This document shows positions 60,047-64,000 of a stretch of 64,000 bases of DNA, piece after piece. Source of the stretch: Eledone cirrhosa (lineage: Eukaryota). The position numbers and the translations under genes were made by a program. The stretch spans positions 47,926,001 through 47,990,000 of the forward strand of contig OZ024749.1 of NCBI GenBank assembly GCA_964016885.1, written 5' to 3'. Below the pieces are notes generated by a model, which did no database searches, was not told the origin of the DNA, and worked only from the letters and a program-made list of their open reading frames with translations. Position 1 is the stretch's first letter. Each line of letters starts with the position of its first letter.

Positions 60047-61849
60047 TATATATATATATATAAAGAGAGAGGGAGAGAGGGAGAGAGAGACGTACATACA
60101 TGTGTGAGTTTGCGTGAGTGTACATATGTATGTGCATATGACTGTGTAGCTAAGCGCTTATACAGCAGAGTTGATGTTTATTTGATTTGAGGTATGTGTA
60201 TCGGGCAACGATATATTTTATATGAAATGATTTAAAGGAACTATAATTTTCGCCAATTTCACTTCTGCAGAAGCCAAAAGGTTATATTTGTCTCGTATAT
60301 TAAATTCCCTTATGATTTACAATCTTCAAGTTACTTTTCCTGTCAAATTATTTTTCAAAGAAAACATATTATGTAAAGGAGATACATACATACATGCTCG
60401 AGTTAAATTTAGGGCATAATTGGTAATGTTTTATTAACCCCATCATTATACCGAAAGCAAATTTCCGAGAAATTATAGTTATTTTCCGCTCGCTTTCTGT
60501 ATTATACAATCTATCTTCCTGTCTTTAGTCGGTATAAATTGCATGTTAGCTTGTCTATCTAAGTAATGTTTTCTTTTATATCTCTTTCATATTATTCGTC
60601 AAAGTGTGTTGCATTATTATTGCAATCCCTCACACTAAGAGATATTAACGGAAGCAATGCTGACTGGTCATGCAATAATGATTGCTCTATATCCAAAAAA
60701 TAATAACTAAATAATCTCTAAACACATACATGATTGCTCCACATTCTAAAAACAAAAACTAAATGACTCTAAAAGCATTCTAATTTCTTAAATAATCTTG
60801 GGCTCATTTTAGGCAATGATAAATAGTGGAATATATTTGATTATTAAATAGTCTGATCAGTGTTGGCCACGGGCTAACAACATCCATAATTTACTCAGTT
60901 TTTCCTCGAACGACGAAGGGGAACGACAGGGTGGTTTGACCTGAAAATACAACATATCCAGACGAAAGCACAGTATACTGAATTGGTGGAGTTGTTAGCA
61001 CGGATGATTAACAACTACGGTACTGATCATAACTCTGTGTTTTGTGTTCTAGGATCAAGAATTCTAAATATAAGCGACAAAATTTAGTTTACATTTGTTT
61101 TCGAATTGCATTCATCGTGAACACCTCATCAAATGTAGAAATTCTAATTAGATATCTATTATATTGATATATTGGAAAGTAATGTTGGATATATAGTGCA
61201 GTCGAATATAGACCTATAAATTACTGGGAGGTCATAAATATAATATATATCATCCCAAATCTGATTGATCAGAAATTATTTTGTCTATACTGGAACTAAA
61301 TAAATCTTTGTGTAGTATTGTTTATTTTCGACATAATTAGACCATATCAATTCTAGAAGTAGCACAATATATATCTTGGCTAGCGAGATATGAACACTGG
61401 AACTATATGGTTGATAGCTCAATACTATTTTCTTTATATAAATCGAAAGATGAAATAACATTTTATTATCTAGACTATAAACAAACAAAGCCGAATATTA
61501 ATACATGAATAATGATGGTTAGTTGATATAAAATTTAAAGTTTATATACATACTCACGCAACCTAAAATAATTAATGATCTGAAGTTAACTGAACATCAG
61601 AAGGAAACTTTCAAAAAGAAAATAATCCTATTAAAAAATGTAATCGATAGGTGCAGAAAGAAAGAGACACCCACGCACAAACAAACATAAACACACAATT
61701 CTTCATAGCTCCACTAGTGTTTATGTGTTAATGTATATTTATATGCATACACAGACATTCATATTCATAAATACACCTATAGACACAGGAATACGCGTAA
61801 GTTCGTGAACACAGGCACACAATCATATATATTTATATATATATATATG

Positions 61850-61892
<43 letters not shown>

Positions 61893-61999
61893 CCCATTAT
61901 TATACATATGTATATATGGGTGTCTGTATTGTATATGTATATATATATATTATATGTATATAATTATATTTATATATAAAATATATATACATAAATAAC

Positions 62000-62014
62000 T
62001 CTGTGTGTGTGTAT

Positions 62015-62075
<61 letters not shown>

Positions 62076-62128
62076 TGTGTGTGTGTGTGTGTGCGTGTGT
62101 GTGTGAGTGAATGTGTGAATGGGTGTGT
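62000..62128. repeat. (TG)n/(TGCG)n microsatellite
   Basis: Directly visible. Confidence 0.95.
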
Positions 62129-62699
62129 TTCTCAGTGTCAATATAATCGATACACAATCAGGTGTAGTCTTTGTTGGTGATAATTTATAGTTTTTCCTGT
62201 TCACATTCAGGTTTGGAAGGTATTATTAAATATTAGATCATAAGTGATATGCAATTATGTATATATATGTAAAAATACTCGAAGTTACTGAACTATATGT
62301 GAACATTATTTGCAACAATTAGTGGTATTGAGATTTTGATTTTAACCTATATATACAAAACCAAGTTAATGATGCTCACACCTTTTGTTGATGTGTTCAC
62401 AAGATTACAGAATTTGATGAAGCGATTGTGCGAATGTGAAACGGCTAAATCAAGTAATGGCACGTATGAAATGTCTGTATCACAATAGTCAATAGTTTTG
62501 CTAGAGTTATTCTAGCGTTAACAAATAAACATTAACAAAATATTATTCGCCTGTTAGTAAAGGATTCAATACAGTTAGTGCAAATTGTACAAAACATCAA
62601 ATTTGTTAAGAAACGATATCTATTTGCTCGAAAACCTACTTTTCTCTTCTCTCTTCCTCACTATCTTCACTTCGCTTTCTCTCAATCACACTCACTCGT

Positions 62700-63150
<451 letters not shown>

Positions 63151-64000
63151 GTTGCGTTTCTATATTACTTTTCTTCGGATGGGGAGCCTAACAAGTTTCA
63201 AATATCGAATCAATTTTAATTTACTTTTTTGTTTTCTTTACAGACCATACTTATATGTCTATTCAATATAAAATGTATATATTTACATTACTGTATGTAT
63301 AGAAATTTAACTTGTTCACGTTCGTCACTTATCCTCCAGGGCAATATAAAGTCGTTCATAATATTGAGCCCAGATTGATGCCATATAGGCGTGTATGTGA
63401 AAAGAAAACTTAGAGATAGGTGCCTGCAAGTAGGATAGTATAAGTTGCAGACAAGTGTTGCAAATTGTTAGGTCAAAAAGAGGGAAATATGTTTACAATT
63501 TCTGCAAAACAGGAGAAACAAATTTAATACGTGTATATCTGTGTGAAATTGGTAGATAAATAGAGACAGAGAGTTACAAAGATTTGCTGCTAGTAAATGT
63601 GTGAGAGTGTGTTTCTGTGTGTAAGATAGATAGATAGAGAGGGAGGGAGGGTGAGAGAAAAAGGGAGTTGTCGCTAATAAATAAACAATTAGTTAATTGC
63701 AGAATGAGTACGAAGTATTAGATTAGTAATAGCAAAGTCGCACACAACAATATGAAAAAAAAAATACTAAATAGGAGAAAAAATTAAGTATATATTGATT
63801 ATATCTTGCTTATTCCACTCATAGTTTGGTTGATATTTTTGAAGATATTTAAAAGAAACACATGAAACAATCACAGGGGATAATGTGTAAAGTGTGTAAT
63901 CACACATATTTATGTAGGTAAGTAATTAGAGTTTAACTAGAGCATCAAATATTACCTTTTAAAAAATGATTAATCCTCCTTGTATATATTTCATTAAATA

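Overview
AT-rich eukaryotic DNA, dense in microsatellites, probably intronic or intergenic. The SINE, LINE and microsatellite content looks like an octopus/cephalopod genome (inference, not verified). I found no confident host protein-coding gene, and nearly all long ORFs are translations of (TA)n/(CA)n/(GA)n repeats. Recognisable content: about a dozen tRNA-derived SINEs, hAT-type MITEs, fragments of R4/Dong-like, Tx1/L1-like and RTE-like LINEs, and a Penelope-like element (PLE) remnant with a clear GIY-YIG endonuclease. The most striking signal is a diverse set of short non-coding elements inserted into (TA)n microsatellites. They carry complete, half or decayed type-I hammerhead ribozyme (HHR) motifs, several with a greatly expanded stem II (~50-100 nt). 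Many share a 3' tail motif (TATYGARTACY-like) and form fold-back or inverted-plus-tandem structures. One hairpin family has five copies whose two arms vary together and whose loop appears in both orientations (flip/flop). All alignments and folds were done by eye.
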